A stretch of 64,000 bases of DNA from Sphaerodactylus townsendi (lineage: Eukaryota): NCBI RefSeq assembly GCF_021028975.2, contig NC_059428.1, positions 152,892,001 through 152,956,000 of the forward strand, given 5' to 3'. The notes beneath the pieces are model-generated. The model did no database searches, was not told the DNA's origin, and saw nothing but the letters and a program-made list of their open reading frames with translations. Below are positions 23,576-34,700 of this stretch, piece after piece. Each line of letters starts with the position of its first letter. The stretch's first letter is position 1. A program made the position numbers and the translations under genes.

Positions 23576-23959
23576 AAACCTAAAGATTAATAATACATAT
23601 ATGAAGTAAACTTATTGTATGAAAATAGAAGCTCAACAAATATAACTCTTAGAGGCAATTTATAGTTAAATTTTGCACCCCCACCAACATATCCTTCTCC
23701 AGTTCCTCTTACACAACATCCCCCGTTTGCTTTCACCCCAAGGACCATATCACAACCCAGAGCCTTCTAACTTGAGCACATGCAACTGCCGAGTCATATC
23801 TCTACACATCCCACAATCACTGCCACAAGATGTTCCCCCTCACCCACACCTGAGCAAGAGGCACACCTTCATTCACCTTGTCAGACACGCTCAGATGTCA
23901 GATCTCAGATGTCAGACACGCTCAGTCAGCAGCCGACTGACTAAGGAGGCCTTCTAGAG

Positions 23960-24180
23960 CAGAGGTCTGCAACCCGCAGCTCTGGAGCCGCATGCGGCTT
24001 TCACCCTATACTCAGTGGTCTCCCGTGGCCTGGAGGTCGGAGGGGCCAAACTGGGTGTCTCCTCCAGGAAAGGTGAGGGAGGGGCAAACTGGAGGAAGCC
24101 GCCTCCCGCCTCGGTAGATCTTCGGGCTGTGGAAAACGGGTCCAAATGGCTCTTTGGGTGGTAAAGGTTGCTGACCCCTG
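23960..24180. mobile_element. hAT-type MITE
   Basis: CAGAGGTCTGCAACC / GGTTGCTGACCCCTG ends, 8-bp TSD ttctagag/ttccagag. Confidence 0.75.
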
Positions 24181-25060
24181 TTCCAGAGGAACATCCGGGA
24201 TTCTCCCACCATTGAGGAACCAGCCCTCCTGCGGAATAAACAAAGGAGCAGAGAAGATTAGTTTCATTCTTGGCCTTCCTCCACTCAGGACTCATCCTCT
24301 GCACCATCCCAAGAGATTGACCAGACCCCAGGCAGGCGTCCCACACCCCACTCCACCCACCCACCCACCTCGCCAGGTTAGGGTATACGTGCGAACACTG
24401 CAGCCTTCCAGATGCTATGGATCATAGTTATCATCCCCTGCCAGCATGATGCTGGCAGGGGGTGATGGGAACTGTAGTCCATAACATCTGGAGGGCCGGG
24501 AGCTCGAGACCTGTGGGTTAGGGCTACTACAGGACTAGCACATTAATCACTCTCCACATCCGCGCCTGTGCGCGCGAACACAAAAGCGCGTGCACATAGG
24601 ATCCTGCCACCGAGAGCGAGGACCAAAAGTTTGGTTCTGGGTCGCGGGAACCGCCCCCCATGCGCACGCGCTGATGGTGGCAAATGTGCCAGGGCCGAAT
24701 GGAAGGAAGGCAGGGCCAAAGGGGCCCGAGCCACGCAAGGGAAAGGGGAAGCCGCACCATAGATGGGAAGGGGGAAAACGGACCCGCATTCACGGGTTGC
24801 AATTTTGATTTATATCCCCGCAGGAGGCGGGCAACCAGTTAAACACTGAAGACACACAACACTGAAGACACACAACACAGCATGGAAGGCAACGTTATGC
24901 ACTGCAAGTCAGCAAGCCTCAAATGTTCAACTACAATACAGCCTGTCTAGCGAATGCATCAGCCTTACACACACACCCCCCGCCCGCCCCAAAGCAAAAT
25001 CCGGTCCGACGACCGCACACCCCACGCACACACACGCAGCCACACGCCCGCCCGGCTCAC

Positions 25061-25560
25061 CGGCCTCTCCCGCAGCACAGCCACCAGGCGCCGCCCGTCG
25101 ACTCAGGCCCCGCTCCTTGCCGCCGCCGCTCCCCTGCCTCGGCCCGGACGACTCGCCGCAGGAACCGGCTGCCTGCACAGAGAGAGAGAGAGAGACCGAG
25201 TGAGACGGCAGTCCCCCGCCCAGCTCCCGCCCTCCTGGCACCAGCCCTAGGCCGCCTGTCGGAGACGACTGAGAGAGCCTCGGCCCAATGCCGCCCCCCC
25301 GGAAGGCCGGGCGGCCAGAGTCCCCGCCGCGACGACGCCCTATCCGGCCAGCCAGCCCAACAGAAGCTCCGCCGCCACTCATAGGCTACACGCTGAGCAC
25401 TTCCGCCTTTACGCCCCCCCATAACCCCGCCCCTCCGCCGCAGCCAATCAAGAGCGGCGGCCCGACACCCCGACCAATCGACGCGCTCGTCAGCCGCGGC
25501 CATTGGCTGGGCCGCCTCACCCGGAAGACGGCGGGGGGCGTGCAGTTACACGTGCGGCTG
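25061..25560 (-). promoter_or_regulatory. Orphan CpG-island promoter with candidate non-coding first exon (~25380-25061)
   Basis: Dense CpG, CCAAT boxes at ~25444, ~25474 and ~25502 (reverse), GC box ~25425, ETS-like CTTCCG ~25400; minus-strand donor CG|gtgagc at 25061/25060. Confidence 0.55.
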
Positions 25561-26744
25561 GGCGGCGGAGGGGAGCGGTGACCTTCTGACCCCGGGACCC
25601 CACCGGCGAGAAGCGGATTCACCTGGGCCGCCCCCGAGACAACTGCGGGCCCGGCCGCTTATTGCACACGACCCTCAAGTGACATCTGCAGGATCCCCAA
25701 CAGCTGCGGGAGTCACCAGACCGCCTCCTCTCCCTGATTCGACACTGCGGGGTCAACAACAGGTCAGCCCTCCTGGGCCCACCTGATCCCATTCCCCTCC
25801 CTGGCACGAGGGCATCCAGCAGGGCATCATCCCCCAAACCACCTCCCTCCTCACATTTGACAGGGCCACAAACCACCCTCCACAAGGGCGGGCACCTCAC
25901 GGGGGAAATTGGCTCCTCCAGCGCACCTTCAGATTTACATTGCTTATATTACGTTGTACCACCGTCTCCTTGTTGGTTTATTGCACGCTGCCCCTGAGCC
26001 TTTCGGGGGTCGGGTGGTCTATTACATTTAATAAATAATAATAATAATGCCCACTGGCCATTCTTTCAGTACGCCACACTGCGACTGCAACATCAGAGGA
26101 ATAGCAGAATTTGGATTTACGCCCCCTCCCCTTCTTACCATTTCTTCAGCGCTCAGGAGGGTAAACACCACCCCCACCTCCTTCACAGGTGCCCTCAGCA
26201 CGAAGTCTGGAGACAACTGCTCCCCTTTCCACCACCCACCCCGGCGGAGGAATAACACCCCTGAACACGGCCTGCACACTGTCAGCTTTAATCAGAGGCT
26301 GAGTGGTCTCTGTGTCATACAGGTTAACACAAGAGACACAGCGGTTACATGCATGCAAGGTACAACTTCCACAGTCAAGACAACTCGTGAGAGATTGCTT
26401 TCACTGGACACTTCACTGAGCAGCGACAGTGTGGACAGCTCAGTGTCAACGCCCTGGAGACATGTTCACAAAGGTCACACAGGTCTCCTTGGTCTCTCAC
26501 GCCTTCAAGATTCCTTCCCTCCACCCCAATGGCACGCATCCTCCGTGGCTGATGGCAGTCCAATACCCTGGCCGGCAAGAGTCCCATGTTTCTTCCCAGA
26601 CGGGACAGGGCTTGGTCGTCCACTTCACCAAAAGGGCACCCAGACGCTTCACTCTGAAACCCTGGCCCTTTTCCGGAGAAATGCCAGCTTCGACTGGCCT
26701 GAAGGCAGATCCTTTGCCCGGCAGGTCTTTCGGGAACCCGGCAC

Positions 26745-27091
26745 CTACGTCCTCCGGCATCGCTTGTGCCGGCACACCTCAGCTTCTGAACCGCACGAGC
26801 TCTCTGACTCGCTACTCGGCCAGGGGGAGGAAGAGGGAGACGCCAAGCCACAGTTCATGTTCAGCACCCAACCCAGTTTGTTCTGCAGGACTTGCTTCAG
26901 TCCCGGAGGGAGAGGCTAGGCCTCGAGTGTGTCTGTGGAATCTGGGAGCAGCTGGCGGAGGCGGTGGCAGCACAGGTACTGCAAGGAGGTGTGGCTGGCA
27001 CAGGACCGGATCACTTTCATGCTGCTCTTGGCAGCCGTAGAACACACCATGGGGTAGAATCCCTTGTCCTGTAGCTTTGTGGCAGCAACTC
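26745..27091 (-). pseudogene. SPSB3: SPSB3 terminal exon with in-frame TAG in the SOCS box
   Basis: tgcag|GA GTT GCT = (G)[75 protein letters not shown]...CRHKRCRRT*; premature stop 26918-26916; ATTAAA 26292-26287. Confidence 0.85.
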
Positions 27092-28483
27092 CTGCATGGA
27101 AGCCAAGGAGCAGGATTAAGTGGGTCCCACAAACACACCGGACAGACCCATGCCGCCTTCTCCACTGTCAATTATTGCAGATCTGCCACACTTATCCCCT
27201 TGAGAGCTCCTTTTTGGGCCTTCACACAACATTCACTTCATGAGAACCTTTCTGGCTACACTATTCTTGACTCTACAGGAGGCTCAGCAACGAAAGCCTC
27301 CTTCTCCCATCCTTTCCTAACAACTTTCTCTGTACCTAACCTCATGGGGTCACTGGCCCCATTCTCTCCCACCACCCAATTTCACTCAACAATGCAACCA
27401 GACAGGGCCCTACCATTCTCAGGGGTGGGGGGTTTCACAGACTCTCTGTTCCACCAAGTTTACTAAGCTGGCTGTCGCTGACACCCTTCATGAGGATTCT
27501 GTCCCCCTCCAATTGTCTGGGAAGGACAACGGCCTTCCCATTCCTCAACATTTGCCGCTTTCTTGGCAAAGGATCGAAAGCAGGAAAAGTACACCTTCCC
27601 ACAGTTCCCTCACCATTCCCCAAGAAAGCCATCTCCCCCATGCACACTGTCCCCAAACAACCACAGGAAACATCTGCGAGGGGCCCACTCATTACTTTCA
27701 GCCTTCTCACTTCCACCCTCTACACAACTCTCAACATATCTCTGCTCCTTCATCACAGGCATGTACTTGGGTGGGTGAACAATGCCCAGCAGACATCAGA
27801 CAGATACACCACCACCAACACATTTAGCAGAAGAAGAGTTTGGATTTGTAGCCCCCTTTTCCCTCCTGTAAGGAGACTCAAATGGCTTACAAATTCCTCT
27901 TCCCTCCCTCTCCCCACAACAGACACTTTGTGAGGCAGGTGGGGCTGAGAGAGTTCTGACAGCACTGTGGCTAGCCCAAGCAGGCTTCATGTGCAGGAGC
28001 AGGGAAACAAATCCCATTCACCAGCTCAGGTGACGGAGTGAGAAGTTAAACCCAGTTTGCCAGAATACACTCCACCTGCTCTTAATTATTGCACCATGCT
28101 GGGACCCCCAAAACCAAGCATACAAGCACACCTTTCTCCACAAATCTCTGCACTTCACCCCACAACATTGATGCTTCAGGACTGCCCACCTTAGCCAAGG
28201 GTATTCCATTCCCAAAGGCGTACGCACAAATCCAACCCCTCTTCCCCAATCAACCACATGTTCCCAGAGAAAGCTACCATTACACACGATTCCTCGCTGT
28301 CCTGGCAGGATACACATAGTACTATCCTTCAAAAAGCTCCTGGAACATGTCCAGTCAGAATCCTTGGCTCATGCACACTTCCCCAAGGCAGGAAAACCTC
28401 CCACCGGTACGCAACTTTGGATTGGTGGCAATAATCACATCCGCCCAGCTCCCCTCCTCATCCTCCCACCGTCAACAGCTTAC

Positions 28484-28609
28484 CAATGCACTTCCTGTTT
28501 TTGAAGAAAGTCAGAGTCCCGTGCCAGGTATCCAGATGCACCCCGATAATGGAGCCTTGTCCAAACCGCGTGGAGAAATTGACTCTGTCACCTTTGTGGT
28601 GGAGGAGCC
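28484..28609 (-). pseudogene. SPSB3: SPSB3 penultimate exon (SPRY domain C-terminal part); upstream exons absent
   Basis: cctgcag|GG CTC CTC CAC CAC AAA...AAG TGC ATT G|gtaagc = (G)[41 protein letters not shown](G), 126 nt. Confidence 0.85.
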
Positions 28610-28659
28610 CTGCAGGACAACAAACAGCCACACATCAAAACGAGGCAGATGCAACCCAC

Positions 28660-28915
28660 CCATGTTTTCTGCTGCCTCGCAGACTGGGACACGGAGTCAT
28701 GGGTTCAAGGTGCAGGAAAAGAGATGCCACCTAAACATTAGCAAGAACTTCCTGACTGTCAGGGCTGTTTGATGGTGGGATTCACTGCCTCGGAGAGTGG
28801 TGGAGTCTCCTTCTTTGGAGGTTTCTAAACGGGCTGGATGAACATTTGTCCAGAGTGCTTTGATTGTGTGTTCCTCCATGGCAGGGGGTTGGACTGGATG
28901 GCCCTTGGGGTCTCT
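28660..28915 (+). mobile_element. CR1 LINE 3' fragment
   Basis: TRSHGFKVQEKR.HLNISKNFLTVRAV plus CR1 3' UTR. Confidence 0.8.
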
Positions 28916-29065
28916 CTGCCCACTTGGGTTCAGGTTTGCTACCTTGAGAAACAAAATTAGTGAAATTGGATTTGTGGTCTACTACTGCCATCGTGTGGAC
29001 ATTTTCAGTATGGAAGCTTGAATCCCAGGAAAAATTAATGCCCTTTCCAGATTTGCTCACAATCA

Positions 29066-29280
29066 TAGAATCACAGAATCATAGAGATGGGAAATATCCC
29101 AAGGGGCATCAAGTCCACCCTCCTGCAGTGCAGGAACACACAATCAAAGCACTCCTGACAGATGGTCATCCAGCCTCTGTTAAAAAACCTCCAAAGGAGG
29201 AGATTCCACCCCACTCCAAGGTAGTGCATCCCACTTTTGAACAGCCCTTACTGTCAGGAGGTTTCTCCTGATGTTTAGGT
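29066..29280 (-). mobile_element. CR1 LINE 3' end
   Basis: Reverse-complement CR1 3' UTR with atcatagaatcacagaatcataga tail. Confidence 0.8.
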
Positions 29281-29897
29281 GAAACACTGCTCAGTTTCTC
29301 CACTAATTGCTTCATTTTTTTTTGGTGGGACTAAGTTGAGCAGACTGCAAGATCTCTGAGAATGCAACTGCCCATTTACCACATAAGAAACTCTCCATTG
29401 GAGGGAACAACAGCTAATTCTGTCAGAGAGCCGAAGGCTCTTCCAAAGAATCAGTCCACCGGCAGAAAACGGTATCTATGTTCATCTGCCAATGGGGAGG
29501 AAAAGAAACGCGCTAGGCTTCCCCGAGAAATATTCCTGCGGTTCTTCGGAAGGACTGTTTGTTCTCTCTGTGTTTGTAACACGTGTAACATGTGTTTCTC
29601 AACTTGTTTCACCACTATTAAAAATTAATATTAACAGCAGGCACAAGCTTTTTGCAGACGGGGAAAATTGGACGGATGGTGACTAGCTGATCAGCTTCAT
29701 GCACAGCCAGCTTCTTACAGCAATCTTGTAGAACTGTCCCCCCACCTCCAGAGCTCAACAACTGATGACTGCATTGTCTGCATGAACCACGTCACAAACA
29801 ACACTCCCTACCCCTCCTGTTTGTTTGTTTTCCCATCTGGTCCTCCTGTTCTTCTTCTATAAGAGGGCTGGAAAAGGGGACAACAACAGGTACTTAC

Positions 29898-30046
29898 CCC
29901 ACATGCATAAACATGTAGGTGAGAAACCGCCAGGCATGGGCTCTTTGCCGTGGGTGATAGACCAGGGGGCTCTTCATATACTCCGGATGGTACATCTGCA
30001 ATGCCCATTTGTTCAGGCGAGCGCCGTAGCAGAGGAAAACGATTAT
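29898..30046 (-). pseudogene. RHBDL1: Isolated RHBDL1 internal exon
   Basis: ccttag|ATA ATC GTT...CAT GTG GG|gtaagt = [49 protein letters not shown](G), 149 nt; no other rhomboid exons found. Confidence 0.82.
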
Positions 30047-30185
30047 CTAAGGCAAGGAGAACCGGGGGGGTGGGGTGGGGGGGCGGACACAGGCAGGCAA
30101 AGCCGGCAGACATCTTAAGCTCCCAAAGCACAACTGGATCTTTTCACCAAGGAATAGAACGTGCTCAAACCCCTTCCCCAAAGTG

Positions 30186-31265
30186 CTGGGCCACCTCACC
30201 TGAAAGGCGACGGGGGGGGGGGGGCTACAGTCACACGTGCGGATGGGGGCAGTGAACGTCTGACCCTGGGACCCCACTGGCACCAGCAAGAAGTAGACCC
30301 ACCTGGGCCACCCCCGAGACACCTGCAGGCCCGGCCGCTTATTGCACACCACCCTCAACTAATATCTTCAGGATCCCCCATGGCTGTGGGAGTCACAAGA
30401 CGGGCTCCTCTCCATAATGCGGCCCTGGGGGCAACAGGTCAGTCCTCTTGGCCCAACCTATCCCATTCCCCGTCCTCCAAGGATGCTGCCCTGGCACCAG
30501 GGCATACAGGGCGTCCCCTGTATTTGAAGGGCCTCAAACCACCCTCCACAAGGCTGGGCACCTCCCAGGGGAAACCATCTCTTCCCATGCCCACTCGCCA
30601 TTCTTTCAATACCCACCGCTGTGACTGCAACACCAGAGTAGGGAAGCCCCCAGAAGACACCCCAGTCCCAGGGGAGGCCTCCTACCATCCGCTGGGGGTT
30701 TCACAGTCTCTCTATTCCAATAGGTTTACAACGCTGGCTGTCGCTGACATCCTTCATGAGGATTCTGTCCCCCTCCAATTGTCTGGGAAGGAAAGTTCCC
30801 ATTCCTCAACATTTGTGGCTTTCTTGGCAAAGGATCTAAAGCAGGAAAAGTACACCTTCGCACAATTCCCTCGGCATTCCCCAAGAAAGCCATCTTCCCA
30901 ATGCACACTGTCCCCAAACAACCACAGGAAACACTTGCGAGGGGCCCACTCATTACTTTCAACCTTCTCATTTCCACCCTCTACACAACTCTCAATATAT
31001 CTCTGCTCCTTCACTACAGACATGTGCTGGGTGGGTGACCAATGCCCAGCAAACATACACCACACATACACCAATAACACATTTAGGAGAAGAGTTTGGA
31101 TTTACAGCCCCCCTTTCTCTCCTGTAAGGAGACTCACACAGCTAACACATTCGTCTTCCCTTCCTCTCCCCACAACAGACACTTTGTGAGGCAGGTGGGG
31201 CTGAGGGAGTTCTGACAGAACTGTGACTAGCCCAAGGTCACCCAACAGGTTTCATGTGGAGGAGT
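30186..31265. repeat. Second, internally deleted copy of the 25508-28010 segment (SPSB3 3' flank plus last intron)
   Basis: 30186-30570 matches 25508-25900, 30587-30638 matches 26047-26098, 30694-31265 matches 27428-28010 including the same SINE. Confidence 0.85.
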
Positions 31266-31769
31266 GGAGAATGAAACCCAGTTTTCCAGATTAGAGCCCT
31301 GTGCTGTAGAGCCCACTACACCATGCTGGAGAGGCTGGGAATCGAACCCGGCACTGCCTGCAAGCCAGGCACATTCTCTACTGCAGAGCCACAGCTCCTC
31401 AGGTTTGCCCTACCTGTGGGCAATGCGTACCTGTTGGAGAAATCCCACCGCTTGTTAGATTTAATTACAACCTCTTTACCACCTTAGCAGAATCTTCCCC
31501 AGGGCCTTTTCTCATCCCAGTGCCCAGGTCTTCTTAGCGCCTCTTCAAACTCAAAGGAGTGAATTAGGCCTCATTTCAACAAGAATGTGGATGGGATGGA
31601 GTAGGTACGGAGTGTATTACAAGGAGGGTCAGGGACCAAACCCTAGGAGGAAAGGCCCAGGGACTGGGGAATGCTCACGCTGGAGATTGAGGGGGCATGT
31701 TAAGATCTGCCACTTACAGGAGGGCAGTATGTGCTAGAATGGCTTCAAATTATGGGAAGAAGGGCTATT

Positions 31770-31950
31770 AGGAATTTTTTTCCCCAATAAGAATTGTTTG
31801 GCAGTGGAACTGGCTGGCTGGTGAATGGGGTGAGCTTCCTCTGACTGGCTGCCTTCAAGCAGCGGCTGCGTGAACACTTGTCATGGATGCGGGCTGATCG
31901 TGCATTGAGCAGGGGGTTGGATTCGATGGTCTGTATGGCCCCCTTCCACC
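31770..31950 (+). mobile_element. CR1 LINE 3' fragment (different subfamily)
   Basis: cagtggaac...gcattgagcagggggttggattcgatggtctgtatggccccttcca. Confidence 0.7.
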
Positions 31951-32346
31951 TCTCTGGCTTTAATAGCCCAGTGGTGAGACAGTGGTGCAAAGATGGAACC
32001 AATCTTTGCCTAAGCAAAGATGCACTGCTAAATAGACTCTACGCAGCCTAAACTGAATATTAACTTAACCAAGTCAATTGGACAAATGTAATCCAAGGAA
32101 GTGGCCAATTCCAAAAAGGCATGCAGCCTGAAAACTAAAATATACACTAAATTCTTCACCTAAATTCCCAAGAAGCCGCTCAGCCGCAAGCTGTTGTAAT
32201 GCAAAGCAAAACACTCCACAAGTGTCCAGGGGTCAGCGAATTCAGCCCTCTCGTTCAGACCTCCAGCTTCTCAAAAATGGGGTGGGGGAAACATTTTGAA
32301 TGGTGAAATAAAAAAAGGGGGGGAAGACACAGAGGAACGACATTAC

Positions 32347-32529
32347 AGAGCAAAATTACAGGGCTGGATTTAAACAAACACCAGAACCAACTCTTAAGAT
32401 GCACCCCCTGCCCCGCGCCTGCACCAAAAAGGAGGGAGGAGCTAAACACAGAGGAAATGACGGGGGTGGGGGTGCATCAGAGTTGGTCCTGGTGTTTGTT
32501 TAAGCCCACTCCCTGTAATTTTGCTCTGG
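32347..32529. repeat. Long inverted repeat (~60-bp arms)
   Basis: cagagcaaaattacaggg...gatgcacccc and ggggtgcatc...ccctgtaattttgctctg. Confidence 0.8.
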
Positions 32530-33266
32530 CCTTTACCAGTTCATAACAAGAGAAGGGGAGAATTGGGCATCTTCAAAAACATTTTAGGCACAAACTTCCA
32601 GGCTTCCTGCTCCCTTAGCTGAAGAAAAAACACTTTGGGGTGAAATTGGAGGGAAATGAAGGGACATCCTTCCCCCCGCCACGCCCCACCCCACCCAGCC
32701 CAGGTGTTCTCCCTTTCTCACTTTAGAGGCTCAATTAATTACAGATAATTCATTGATGACACTTTTGTTCATAAATGTGAACTCATATCTTCCTTTGAAA
32801 TTTGCTGGGAAAAGGTCTATGTTGTTTTCTTGTGGGATACGCAAGGGGGCGTTGGGAAGAGGAGGAAGAGAGTCTTGGACTTAGAGGCTCAGGGGTTATA
32901 CACAAGGGAGCAGAGAATTGGACTTAAGTATTGACAGTATAGTAGACACTAGAGAGGTTTGGAAGAGAGATTTGGAATTACCTTCCCAAGGTATCTACCA
33001 CAGGTTTGCATACATATTCACAACCGATAAATCACACAAGGCAAACAATCCTTTTTATTCATTAAAAAAAACATAAGATACAGAGAGATTCCCAAGGTAC
33101 CATTACAAGATACCGTCTCAATACTATGACGCTACAAAAAAAATCCCACAAATATAAAGCACGGTACTCATTCCTTCACACCAGAAGAGCTTCTTCTAAG
33201 CGTAGAGTTCAGCTTTGCATGGAAGGGAACTTCAGCCCGGGAGCACGATGGTCTCTGCAGGCCACC

Positions 33267-33314
33267 TCACTGCTTTCGGAACACGAGGCACTTGTTATTG
33301 GCTGGCATGTCAAC
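33267..33314 (-). CDS. METTL26: METTL26 exon 6 (coding part)
   Basis: cccag|VDMPANNKCLVFRKQ*; AATAAA 33059-33054. Confidence 0.93.
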   Translation of the reverse strand, partial: VDMPANNKCLVFRKQ

Positions 33315-33612
33315 CTGGGGGGTGAATCCCAAAATCAACTGGGATTTTATGCCGTGCTCATGCTGAGCCCCTGCCACACAGGCAACATTCCGAATATACA
33401 GTCACACCCCACAAGTACGTAACAACATCCAACACAAGCCATCCAACTCCTCAGAAGCACACACTTCAGTGAATCAGGTCGGAAGGCTCTGCTTGAGAAT
33501 GTCTCCAATTCCACGTGCCCCACAACCGACCCAGGTTCCATCCCTGACAACATTCACCATGAGTACAGATGCAATTCCTTCTCCCTGTACGACTCAAGAT
33601 TGTGCCAATATT

Positions 33613-34198
33613 GATCATTTCTAAGTAGATAGTTGTTTTCCAGGACTCGATATTACTCTGTAAAGTTGTACTACGAAAGTAGTAAGATCAGAGGTATGCA
33701 CAGTGATAAGATTATGTAGTTATTCCTCGGGGGTAAGAATCAAGACATATTAAAGTCAATTACCACAGTGGAAGTATTAATCACAATGGGGTGTTGTGGG
33801 GTTCCTGGGCTGCATGGTCGTGTTCCAGTAGCATTTTCTCCTGACGTTTCACCTGCATTTGTGATTGGCATCTTCTGAAGATCCTCTGAAGATGCCAGCC
33901 ACAGATGCAGGCAAAATGTCAGGAGAAAATGCTACTGGAACACAGCCATACAGCCCAGAAACCCTACAATACCCCAGTGATTTTGCCTGTGAAAGCCTTC
34001 GACAACACATTAATCACAATAATGGGTAGGAAGCAATAGAAGGTGCAGACCTTCCCCACACCAAATTAAGTGTACCAGATACTAGTTATATAACTTCACA
34101 ATCTGATGTGGTGATTTTGAGATGTTGCTTTGTATAAATTATTGATTGTATTTTCAAATTTTAACAAAATAAAATTTATTTTAAAAAATTTCTAAAAA
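33613..34198 (+). mobile_element. 5'-truncated LINE-type insertion with A-rich tail
   Basis: Flanked by 17-bp direct repeat aagattgtgccaatatt (33596-33612, 34199-34215); A-rich 3' end. Confidence 0.6.
33788..34008. mobile_element. Penelope-like element remnant (inverted pLTR pair) nested in the LINE insert
   Basis: ~90-bp inverted arms, gaagatgccagccacagatgcagg...gtgaaagccttcgacaa end, 12-bp TSD attaatcacaat. Confidence 0.75.
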
Positions 34199-34231
34199 AA
34201 GATTGTGCCAATATTTCACAAGGAGGACTTA

Positions 34232-34412
34232 GAGGCTGAGTTTGCATCCCCCCTAAACGTCCCCAAGTCAAAAAAAAATTCAAGGGGACATACATCACAA
34301 AAACATACTCCATGGGATTTTCACTGAAGGGAAACAACAATTGCAACAGACACACCACTAACAGAAAGCACTATCATGTACTAACTACCACGTGAAGTGC
34401 CTGAATTGATAG
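34232..34412. repeat. Duplicated ~180-nt intronic element, copy B (METTL26 intron 5)
   Basis: Closely matches 34967-35147. Confidence 0.9.
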
Positions 34413-34621
34413 TTTCGCACGCTAGGGGTTCAAAAAGCTGAGTGGCAGGTGGAATATCATTGCTGTTTGTTTTTAAACACTAGGGAATACATTATTATTT
34501 TATTATCATTATTTATTAAATTTAGTATACCGCCCTATCCCCGAAGGGCTCAGCGCAACATACAAATAGGAGCGCAACATACAATACAGCGCATTGGAGC
34601 GGCGGTCCCATGTCTACCTAC

Positions 34622-34700
34622 CATCCTCTCCAGTTGCATCCCATTCTCCTCAGCAAGTTCCTGCAGTAAAGACATGTCCCGAAGACCCCACACTGGGTTT
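34622..34700 (-). CDS. METTL26: METTL26 exon 5
   Basis: ggcag|A AAC CCA GTG TGG...AGG ATG|gtaggt = (R)NPVWGLRDMSLLQELAEENGMQLERM, 79 nt. Confidence 0.93.

Noticed and set aside
26047-26919. 290-aa plus-strand ORF (and the 342-aa ORF at 30161-31189)
   Set aside because: Antisense to SPSB3 remnants and SINEs; frames are not conserved between the duplicated copies.
34232-34412. C/D or H/ACA snoRNA call for the duplicated element
   Set aside because: No RUGAUGA/CUGA pair or terminal ACA on the host strand, and the ggggac stem is not compensated in copy A.
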